A stretch of DNA of 24,588 nucleotides, taken from the IMG/VR virus record IMGVR_UViG_3300020045_010371, positions 1-24,588 of that record. One strand, given 5' to 3'. The number at the start of each line of letters is the position of its first letter. Position 1 is the stretch's first letter. A program made the translations under genes and the position numbers. The DNA is from a virus. Taxonomy: Duplodnaviria; Caudoviricetes. The notes below the pieces were generated by a model. The model saw only the letters and a list, made by a program, of their open reading frames with translations, had not been told where the DNA came from and searched no databases. Below, one piece after another: positions 8,964-16,484 of the stretch.

Positions 8964-9177
8964 ATATATCTTTATTGTAAATAAAGTATTTTAATTCTGT
9001 GTGCACTTCTTCTACTTTAAATTCATAATCTTCCTCATACTCAGGATGCTTTTCTAAAAAAGGCTTATTTGTTTGTTTTAATGAATTTAATTTCTTTCTG
9101 GCAGCTAATATTCCACCAACCTCTTCTGAGTTATTAAAATCTTCAGAAAGATAGTATAAACAGTTTTCTTTATTCAT
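8932..9177 (-). CDS. Hypothetical protein
   Basis: 81-aa ORF overlapping neighbours. Confidence 0.7.
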   Translation of the reverse strand: MNKENCLYYLSEDFNNSEEVGGILAARKKLNSLKQTNKPFLEKHPEYEEDYEFKVEEVHTELKYFIYNKDIYGSKEDRGTV

Positions 9178-9358
9178 TTTTAATCAAAGTTGCATTAATT
9201 TTATTATCTAAACAGAAATCATATAATGCTTGATTTAGTTTATCTCCTTCAGTCATTGGAATAACTAAAGTTGTTTTATCTGCTACATTTAAAAATAATG
9301 TTTCTTTTAAATCTATTAGATCTTTTACAGGTAATGTTCCTTCTGTTGTATTATCCAT
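9170..9358 (-). CDS. Hypothetical protein
   Basis: 62-aa ORF coupled to neighbours. Confidence 0.7.
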   Translation of the reverse strand: MDNTTEGTLPVKDLIDLKETLFLNVADKTTLVIPMTEGDKLNQALYDFCLDNKINATLIKNE

Positions 9359-9359
9359 A

Positions 9360-9641
9360 TTATTCTACTATTGTCCAATCTTCTGCTAACACATCTGTTT
9401 GAGATGCTAACCAAGGTACTACATTTCCCTGTGCTGTTTTCATTGCAATATATGCTCCATATTCTACATTTCCTTGTGCATCTGCAATAGATTTACCTAT
9501 TTCAGTTGAATAAGGATATTTGTTTGCTGGTACATAATATAAAAACATACCCTTACCATTCCAACCTTCTCTTGCTACCTTATATCCAGCTTTTAAAGCT
9601 TTAATTGCTGATCCAAAATTTCTTTCTTCTAATTGTTCCAT
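9360..9641 (-). CDS. tad2: DUF2829 / Tad2-like (Thoeris anti-defence sponge) protein
   Basis: NFGSAIKALKAG.KVAREGWNGKGMFL ... MKTAQG..VPWLASQTDVLAEDW is the DUF2829 signature. Confidence 0.85.
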   Translation of the reverse strand: MEQLEERNFGSAIKALKAGYKVAREGWNGKGMFLYYVPANKYPYSTEIGKSIADAQGNVEYGAYIAMKTAQGNVVPWLASQTDVLAEDWTIVE

Positions 9642-10003
9642 TATTCTGTTACTTCTAATTTAAATGTTAACTCAATCTTATTTTCTTTTATAGGTACTCT
9701 AACCTTTAAAGAATTTCCCTGAATCATACCTTTTTTTCTAAGTTTAGTCAGAACATTGTTTAATGACTGTGTAGATATGTTATAAACCTCTTCTCTTATC
9801 TTTTGTCTAGTGGTTTTATGGAAAAGGATCTTATCTCTTTTCTCTTTGTCTAAATGTTTATATAGGTGATCTATATATAATAGTTTCTCTAATACATCAA
9901 TTTCAATATTGGTAAGTTTCTTTTCAGAACTCAATACCCCATTAACAATAGTTAAATATTGTTTAAATATCAATTCCTCTGATGTATGAATTGGTATAAT
10001 CAT
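9641..10003 (-). CDS. Winged-helix/HTH DNA-binding protein
   Basis: LTNIEIDVL ... ISTQSLNNVLTKLRKKGMI, a MarR-like wHTH pattern. Confidence 0.7.
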   Translation of the reverse strand: MIIPIHTSEELIFKQYLTIVNGVLSSEKKLTNIEIDVLEKLLYIDHLYKHLDKEKRDKILFHKTTRQKIREEVYNISTQSLNNVLTKLRKKGMIQGNSLKVRVPIKENKIELTFKLEVTE

Positions 10004-10272
10004 TAATCTTCCTCTTCTAAAATATTTACTTCTGTTACTAGAACATATGAACCATTCTTACCTAATTTAGAATTAAATTCAAATTTAAGTTTAATAGGAG
10101 TAACAAACTCTGATTCTTGATCAAAGAATTCTACATCTATTAAAGGGTTTCTTTCTATTCCAACTTCTATAACTTGTTTATCTTCCGGATAAAGTTGTTC
10201 AATGTCATCCTCTCTGATTTCCTTAACTCTTAAATAAGCTTGGTTTAATTCTGATCCTGTAATTGTTATCAT
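10003..10272 (-). CDS. Acidic hypothetical protein, probably leaderless
   Basis: 89-aa ORF; ATG lies 4 nt after a -7 promoter element. Confidence 0.75.
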   Translation of the reverse strand: MITITGSELNQAYLRVKEIREDDIEQLYPEDKQVIEVGIERNPLIDVEFFDQESEFVTPIKLKFEFNSKLGKNGSYVLVTEVNILEEED

Positions 10273-10276
10273 GATA

Positions 10277-10308
10277 CAAAGGTAAATATAATATTTGAGA
10301 AAAGCAAG
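10277..10308 (-). promoter_or_regulatory. Bacteroidota-type promoter for the terminase operon
   Basis: CTTG-N20-TACCTTTG versus consensus TTTG-N19-21-TAnnTTTG. Confidence 0.75.
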
Positions 10309-10315
10309 AAAAATC

Positions 10316-10738
10316 TTACTTTTTTTCTATTCCAGTTTGTTTTAGTATTTTCTTTAGTTCTGATTTATTTTTAATTGTACCATAAAATCCTCCATATGAG
10401 TTTGATGGATTACTTGCTCTTATCTCATATTTATGTTTTCCAAAGTCATTACTTATTACTATTAAATGATAAGTAATATCATTTATTTTTAATGTATATA
10501 AATTATCAAATTCTACATATTTTGTGAATCCAAAACTCTCTATATCTTCTTTATCTAAGTATTTAACTCTAAAATGTTCTAATGTTTCTTCACATCCTTT
10601 TATGAATGGTAATTGTTCTTTAAAGAAAATTCTTTTTTCCCAATCTGTCACTCCACCATTAACTCCTGCTAATCTTCCTTCATATTCAAATCCTATATGG
10701 AATTCTTCTATTTCTGGTGTATAATATTTATCTTCCAT
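10316..10738 (-). CDS. Hypothetical phage protein (start revised to MEDKYY)
   Basis: KYYTPEIEEFHIGFEYE...GTIKNKSELKKIL; ATG at 10738 overlaps the TAA of the upstream ORF (TAATG). Confidence 0.75.
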   Translation of the reverse strand: MEDKYYTPEIEEFHIGFEYEGRLAGVNGGVTDWEKRIFFKEQLPFIKGCEETLEHFRVKYLDKEDIESFGFTKYVEFDNLYTLKINDITYHLIVISNDFGKHKYEIRASNPSNSYGGFYGTIKNKSELKKILKQTGIEKK

Positions 10739-10902
10739 TATTTCTTTTCCATACATTCTTTTAGAATGGCTTTATAATTAGTTTTATTGATTAGTTTCAT
10801 ATTTAAAAGTCTATCAAGAGCTTCTATTCTAAGAGATTCTTCCATCTTCTTATACATAGCAATTAATTGAGGAAACTTATCTTTTGTTTTAGACTTTACC
10901 AT
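10738..10902 (-). CDS. 54-aa hypothetical protein; not in ORF track
   Basis: MVKSKTKDKFPQLIAMYKKMEESLRIEALDRLLNMKLINKTNYKAILKECMEKK*; fills the gap and overlaps both neighbours. Confidence 0.7.
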   Translation of the reverse strand: MVKSKTKDKFPQLIAMYKKMEESLRIEALDRLLNMKLINKTNYKAILKECMEKK

Positions 10903-11149
10903 GTGTTAAGGTTTCTATATTAAATGTTGCTTTAAATATCCTTACAATGTTATCATAAGTGTTTACTTCCCCATCCATCTTAAAACTTCTAGATTCAAGC
11001 TTCTGATAAAAATCCAATATCTTAGCTTCCAATAGTTTATTCTCTGTGATGATTCTTTCATTATGAAAGTTTATAAATTGTTCTAATCCTTGTGCTGTTT
11101 TACTAGCAAATCCACTAACAGTTACTTCTAATTCTTTCTTTTCTTCCAT
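10889..11149 (-). CDS. Hypothetical protein, first gene of the minus-strand block
   Basis: 86-aa ORF with A-rich initiation region. Confidence 0.75.
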   Translation of the reverse strand: MEEKKELEVTVSGFASKTAQGLEQFINFHNERIITENKLLEAKILDFYQKLESRSFKMDGEVNTYDNIVRIFKATFNIETLTHGKV

Positions 11150-11476
11150 TTTATATGTTTTTTAGAGGAGGTCATATTTATAGCTTTTATTAAAATTAAG
11201 ACAATAAAACCCCTATATAGAGAACTCCTCCCTATTTGATTAATTAGTTTACCATTTAATATACAAGTGTATTTAGCCTATCCACCTCATCAAAGCCTTT
11301 GGGTAAGTATTTCTACTTTGTTAATCTTATAACCCTTGGTGGCATGTATTTTATATCAGTAAACCTTTTTTTGTAACTATTGGGGACATCTCTTTTCATC
11401 TCTAGGATTACTCATACAACCCAACTTCTAAAATTCTTGTTAGAATCTGATTCCTGGTCTAAGGAAATTACAAGTG

Positions 11477-11508
11477 CAAAGTTAAGAAGTATATTTGAAA
11501 TATCCAAA
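11477..11508 (-). promoter_or_regulatory. Consensus Bacteroidota promoter at the head of the minus-strand block
   Basis: Perfect TTTG-N20-TAACTTTG. Confidence 0.8.
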
Positions 11509-11770
11509 TTATTTTGGTATTATTTTTATGTGTAACAGCTAACTGATTGATTATCAGATTAATTATTTTTATAAGGTCTAGATCTTATATTTAGAAGTTA
11601 TCAGGTTTAAGCCTTATAGTTGAAAAAAAATTTTTTATATTTTTTAGAAAATTGTGTGTGAGAGGAGATGATTATAGCACCCATATTTAACACCCCCATC
11701 AAGTTTTAGGGAGAAAACATACCCTCCTTAGTTTTTCCAAAAGAATATTAACCTAAAAACCATAGAAATT

Positions 11771-12037
11771 ATGATTAAAGTTGAAGCAATCTCAGATACT
11801 AAGAACCCTGAAGTGGTTAAAGTAGAGTTCGTACAAGTTATGTCTGCATTAGATGTAGCAAGAGGCTTTGGTAAGCCAAAGAAACATTGGTTAACAGCTG
11901 ATAAGAAGAGTAATACCTTTAAGGTAGGACAAACCTTTCCTCAGCAAATCAAGATGATTCAGCACGATGAACCACAGTATGTAGACCACAAACCTTTTGA
12001 ACAAACAGGTAAGTACTATACAACTGAATTAGTTTAA
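11771..12037 (+). CDS. Hypothetical beta-rich protein, first gene of the plus-strand block
   Basis: 88-aa ORF, TATTAACC leader, followed by a UUCG hairpin. Confidence 0.8.
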   Translation: MIKVEAISDTKNPEVVKVEFVQVMSALDVARGFGKPKKHWLTADKKSNTFKVGQTFPQQIKMIQHDEPQYVDHKPFEQTGKYYTTELV

Positions 12038-12042
12038 GGGTT

Positions 12043-12069
12043 AGAGCCTTCGGGCTCTTTCCTTATTTA
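12043..12069 (+). terminator. UUCG-tetraloop hairpin, probable terminator
   Basis: AGAGCC-TTCG-GGCTCT then TTCCTTATTT. Confidence 0.65.
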
Positions 12070-12097
12070 AATGTAATCAATTAACCCTAAATATATT

Positions 12098-12214
12098 ATG
12101 CTTAAAACAGCTAAAAAGAGAAGACCAAGAACTTATGCTAAGGGAACACCTTGTAAAGTTTTAGTAGCTTCTACAGAAAAAAGACTTGTTGTGTTATTAA
12201 TGCAACTAAGATAA
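12098..12214 (+). CDS. 38-aa basic microprotein; not in ORF track
   Basis: MLKTAKKRRPRTYAKGTPCKVLVASTEKRLVVLLMQLR*; TTAACCCTAAA leader like neighbouring genes. Confidence 0.55.
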   Translation: MLKTAKKRRPRTYAKGTPCKVLVASTEKRLVVLLMQLR

Positions 12215-12431
12215 TTGTTATTAATCCCAAAAACCTATTTGTTATGTACGGAAAAGAACTTGAACTTTATGAGATTTATGGTAATCAAATGATTAGATAA
12301 TCTCAACCATTTAACCAAGTGGACTATAAACCTGTTGTTTTAACTGTTAACAGTTAATTTAACGGCTTAGACCTCAATTGCCTGTGATTTAACAGGGGCT
12401 TGGTAGCTTTTAATCTTAATACTTATTTATT

Positions 12432-12557
12432 ATGAAAGATTTCTTCTCAATTGCTGAATTAGCAATTCTAATTGATTTAATTGTTGGAGATAAGAATGTT
12501 ACTCCATTTAGACAATTAACTAAAGGACACATTAGAACTGTTGTTTGTTTAAACTAA
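12432..12557 (+). CDS. 41-aa microprotein; not in ORF track
   Basis: MKDFFSIAELAILIDLIVGDKNVTPFRQLTKGHIRTVVCLN*; TTAATCTTAA leader. Confidence 0.55.
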   Translation: MKDFFSIAELAILIDLIVGDKNVTPFRQLTKGHIRTVVCLN

Positions 12558-12769
12558 CAGTAATCAAGGCTGATTAAGCCTACAATAATCTGATATTCAG
12601 GGACTAAGCCTGATTAACTAAGCCTCTTAAATGAGATACAATTATTTTACAAACCTAAACTCTTAGAGCCAGCGAGTACCAAAGTGGTGACATACCCTGC
12701 TAGTTAGGTAAGATAATTGAGTAAACACTTAGATTGGATTATTAATTATTAACCTTAAATTATAACCAA

Positions 12770-13021
12770 ATGAATAACCATTATACAAGATTATTTGTAG
12801 CTATTATATTATTAGCTGTATCAATAATATGCATTTTAACAGCATATAAATCTAATAAATCTGAATTGGATAAACCAAAGAAAGTTTATAAATTTGAGAA
12901 GAAGAGATTATTTGTTGATTTACCTGAAGAAAAGATTAGTAATGATGAGAATAATCCTGATACAGTGGTAATGTTTGTTAGAAATGATACATTACATGTA
13001 GGATATTTTAGTGAATACTAA
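12770..13021 (+). CDS. Small membrane-anchored protein
   Basis: N-terminal hydrophobic helix LFVAIILLAVSIICILTAY. Confidence 0.75.
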   Translation: MNNHYTRLFVAIILLAVSIICILTAYKSNKSELDKPKKVYKFEKKRLFVDLPEEKISNDENNPDTVVMFVRNDTLHVGYFSEY

Positions 13022-13348
13022 TATTTTGTAAATGCTTGATTATCAGTTGATAACTGGAGCAGATACTATCACTATCCTTCTCTAACCAAATTATATTCTG
13101 TCAATTCACATCATTGCCATATATTATAGCTTTTTTAAACAAAATACATAGCTTTTAATTGATTATAAAACAAAACTGAAACCTTGGGTATCTTATCATA
13201 TGTAAGAAAGTTCCTAGCTAATAAAATCCAATCAATAAGGTATTAGCTTGAAATAAAATAAGAATAGGTGTATGAGCTGGCAGACAAGCTTAATTAATCA
13301 ATTATTAGCTTATTCACATTAATATTAACCATCTAAACCAAATTAAAT

Positions 13349-13693
13349 ATGTCATATTATCCTAAAAATGATGCTTATCTTTATAAAGATGAAGCAATCG
13401 TATTTAATGTTGGTAGAGAAACTAAAGATAGTTATTCTATACAAATTAGATGCATAATAAATGAGAATAATGAAGCAACTATTAAAACTTCTGTTTGTAA
13501 AAACTCATCATATAATTTAAAAACAGAAAACACTAAACCAGATAGAAAATACAAAGAAGAAAATCTATTCTTTGGTACATTTGGTGAATGTGTAGAATAC
13601 ATTAAAAATATAGTTGAATCACAAGGTTATTGGAAAAATGACCCTGAACAACCATTTAGAGAAATATTTATTGAACCAATTAGTATAGTTTAA
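13349..13693 (+). CDS. Hypothetical protein
   Basis: 114-aa ORF with TATTAACC leader. Confidence 0.75.
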   Translation: MSYYPKNDAYLYKDEAIVFNVGRETKDSYSIQIRCIINENNEATIKTSVCKNSSYNLKTENTKPDRKYKEENLFFGTFGECVEYIKNIVESQGYWKNDPEQPFREIFIEPISIV

Positions 13694-13829
13694 ATTCCAA
13701 TAACTATAAAGAGTCCTTAAAAAGGTTTTAGATTGTAGCGTATTCTAAGTAATCAATGCAGTTAACTTATACTAATTAGTTCAATTTATTACATGAAACT
13801 TAAATAAAATTATGAAATCTGCACCAAAC

Positions 13830-14557
13830 CTCTGCATAAGAGCTTGGTAAATCTTAAGAACTCATCTAATCCTAACGTAGGAATGAGGGATATTTTAATA
13901 CCTGTTTGGAGGTATGTTCAAGTAAGATTTGGTTGGTAATATATACTTAAATGTATTGAACCTTTGTAAACTATTTTAAATATAACATTAACATTAACTT
14001 TCATTAAATTATAATGAAGAAATCAATAATAAATTATCCAAATTATGAAATAGATAATAATGGTATTATCTATAATAAATATGGAAACCAAATAAGTCCT
14101 TGTAAAAATAATAAAGGATATTTAAGAGTTTCATTAAGTCACAATACTATTAAAAAATCATTTTTAATACATAGATTAGTTGCTATACATTTTATACCTA
14201 ATTTAAATAATTATGATCAAGTTAATCATATTGATGGTAATAAAACAAATAACTCTATAACTAATTTAGAATGGTGTTCTGCATCAGATAACATAAAACA
14301 TTCTTTTAAAATTGGTAAATCTAATTATAAAGGAGAAAACAATGGAAGATGTAAAATATCAAATATTGTAATATCTCAAATAAAAGATGATTTTAAACAA
14401 GGATTAAAAAGAAAAGAATTATCATTAAAATACAATATATCATACTCACATATAGTAAGTATATTATCAAATAAACGTAGATAATACTTGTGAGAGTTAT
14501 ACTTATTAAATTATAGTCTGATGTCTTTCCTTTTAGGAAAGTATTAAAACAAAGGGG
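13830..14557 (+). mobile_element. Possible degenerate group I intron-like RNA enclosing the HNH gene
   Basis: P5-like CCTAACGT..ATGAGGG (13871-13889), P7-like AAGATTT (13924-13930) pairing with TAGTCT (14514-14519), P9-like CTTTCC/GGAAAG hairpin. P1 and P3 not resolved. Confidence 0.35.
14014..14484 (+). CDS. HNH homing endonuclease (NUMOD4-like + HNH_3 + C-terminal HTH)
   Basis: YEIDNNG.I, GYLRVSL, IHRLVA.HF, VNHIDGNKTNN...NLEWC...N..H; HTH RKELSLKYNISYSHIVSI. Confidence 0.92.
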   Translation: MKKSIINYPNYEIDNNGIIYNKYGNQISPCKNNKGYLRVSLSHNTIKKSFLIHRLVAIHFIPNLNNYDQVNHIDGNKTNNSITNLEWCSASDNIKHSFKIGKSNYKGENNGRCKISNIVISQIKDDFKQGLKRKELSLKYNISYSHIVSILSNKRR

Positions 14558-15369
14558 AATACTCTAAATGTAGGAAAATAGAACTATAATTTATCTTATT
14601 AAATAATAGACCATAGTGCATGTTTCTCATTACTCCACTCTGAAAAGAGAACCAATATTGGTAAATGAATAAGCTAAACACTATGGACTATTATAACTTA
14701 TTCAAGAGTAATTAACTTGAGCAATAGAAGACCTGAAACTGTAGTATTGCAGAGGTATCAACTATTAAGGTAATTATATAGATTCCCTGAACAAGGTAAT
14801 CAGATGAGTTCTAAATATATAAGCTATTTACCACAACAGGATTGGCTAACCTGTTATTATGATAAACATGGTATTAGTAATGTATGTGAACCTTTAACCA
14901 GTATTGGGAGTGGTGCTACGTTACTAATATTGACATGTTATGTTTTTTAATCTCTATTTACCACATGTTAGCTAGTATATTAAACGTGGTATCTTAAACA
15001 AATCTAGCATATATGGAAAAGATAGTTAGAGGCTATCTTACAAAAAACTGAATGGTTCCTGCATTGTCAAACCTGTCCTCTAATTTTCTGACAGGGGTTT
15101 AGGTAATAACTCCTGTTATTTTTTATATCTTCATCCATTAAGTGGTACTATTCAATTAGAAATGTAAGACGAGCCAGACATATGATAGTAAATGCACTGG
15201 TATATGGAGTAATTGTGATGTTGATAATAGAATCCCTCAGATTCTACAACTAGTAATAGCTCAATTGGTGTTTCTATTTCCTGTAACTATTTCTGAAAAT
15301 AGCCTGAGAAACTATGAGTAAAAGATAGACAGGTTAAACAAATTAATTATTAACCTTTATAATCAAATT

Positions 15370-15546
15370 ATGAGAGAATTAACAGGAAATTGGTATTTAA
15401 AAAAAGGATTATTTGGTTATAAGATAATGGTTGAAGTTAAAGTAAAAACAACTTGTCCTTATACATGTGATTTAAGTCCTGAATTTAAAGAATATCAAAA
15501 AGCAACAGATAAAGATTTAATTGAATTAAAAATATTAGTTCAATAA
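15370..15546 (+). CDS. 58-aa hypothetical protein; not in ORF track
   Basis: MRELTGNWYLKKGLFGYKIMVEVKVK...ELKILVQ*; ATTATTAACCTTT leader. Confidence 0.7.
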   Translation: MRELTGNWYLKKGLFGYKIMVEVKVKTTCPYTCDLSPEFKEYQKATDKDLIELKILVQ

Positions 15547-15571
15547 TTATTAACCTTTAAAACTAAACCAA

Positions 15572-15973
15572 ATGAAAAATTTAAATCCTTTAAATTCATT
15601 GATTATTTCAATATTATTTACATTAACATTATTTTTAGTATCATTTATATATATTAAAAATCATACAATTATTTATGAAAATAGAGAAACAGTTAAATTT
15701 GAAAAAACTGATTATCATTACAGTAAAGAAATGTATTTAGAACCATTTAGATTAAATGATGGAGCTATATTACCATATAAAATAACTGTTTTATATGATT
15801 CAACTGATAATAAATCATCAAGTAATTTAGAAAATAATTTAAAAATGTATTTATCAAAAGAATGTCATAAATGGGATTCTATGAATATAAATAATGAATT
15901 TGAATTAAAAATAAAAGAAACATTAATGAATTTCAACAGAGTATTATGGGTTGAAATTGTAAAAACTAAATAA
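15572..15973 (+). CDS. Membrane-anchored hypothetical protein
   Basis: N-terminal TM helix then a ~100-aa soluble domain. Confidence 0.75.
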   Translation: MKNLNPLNSLIISILFTLTLFLVSFIYIKNHTIIYENRETVKFEKTDYHYSKEMYLEPFRLNDGAILPYKITVLYDSTDNKSSSNLENNLKMYLSKECHKWDSMNINNEFELKIKETLMNFNRVLWVEIVKTK

Positions 15974-15974
15974 C

Positions 15975-16166
15975 ATGATATATTTTTCAGTAATAGCATT
16001 AGTATTAATACTAATAACAATAACACATTTATATAATTGGGCTTGTAGAGAAGTAGGTTTTGATAGTGAAAATACTATTATGTTATTATTTTTAACTGTA
16101 ATCTATTTATTTATAATTTCATTATTATTAAAATACATAATAATCTGGGGAAATTTAATAATTTAA
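15975..16166 (+). CDS. Small two-TM membrane protein
   Basis: Two hydrophobic segments in 63 aa. Confidence 0.65.
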   Translation: MIYFSVIALVLILITITHLYNWACREVGFDSENTIMLLFLTVIYLFIISLLLKYIIIWGNLII

Positions 16167-16176
16167 AACAAATAAA

Positions 16177-16353
16177 ATGAAAAAAACAATAAGTATTATA
16201 TTAGCTTGTATTATATTTATAATTGGAATATTTGCAACTCAATATATGATGAAAACAGAAGATTTATTTTATGATATAATATGTTCAATTATTGGTACTA
16301 TTTGTTTATCACCATCAATGATATATTATTATGATAAATTCTTAAACACATAA
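16177..16353 (+). CDS. 58-aa two-TM membrane protein; not in ORF track
   Basis: MKKTISIILACIIFIIGIFATQYMMK...IICSIIGTICLSPSMIYYYDKFLNT*. Confidence 0.65.
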   Translation: MKKTISIILACIIFIIGIFATQYMMKTEDLFYDIICSIIGTICLSPSMIYYYDKFLNT

Positions 16354-16484
16354 AAAGGCGACCTCCTTTTTTAATGTACCTACAAAAGGATACTGGGATA
16401 AAGGCAGTCATTTGAAAATTATAATGATTACAAGCCTCCAGTGGTGAACAAAGCCTTTTACTTTTAACCCTAAAAAATATTAAA

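Noticed and set aside
3670-10724. Plus-strand ORFs 3670-3870, 7782-8006, 8429-8620, 10524-10724
   Set aside because: Antisense to well-supported genes, with the F/I/L/S-rich composition typical of shadows.
10738-10756. Shared MYGKE N-terminus between track ORF 10316-10756 and micro-ORF 12244
   Set aside because: The 10756 start is probably wrong (true start 10738, coupled to the upstream gene), so the match is likely coincidental.
11546-13050. TTGATTATCAG near-palindromes (~11549, ~13037) as recombination sites
   Set aside because: The same word also occurs inside the portal CDS (~2005), no recombinase is in the window, and the AT-rich background makes chance matches likely.
14014-14484. 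IscB/HEARO-type RNA-guided nuclease
   Set aside because: No PLMP or RuvC motifs and no CxxC-type HNH; it is an ordinary NUMOD4/HNH_3 homing endonuclease.
14484-15350. CRISPR array or mini-array
   Set aside because: No repeat of ~25-40 nt with regular spacers; only two short bipartite motifs.
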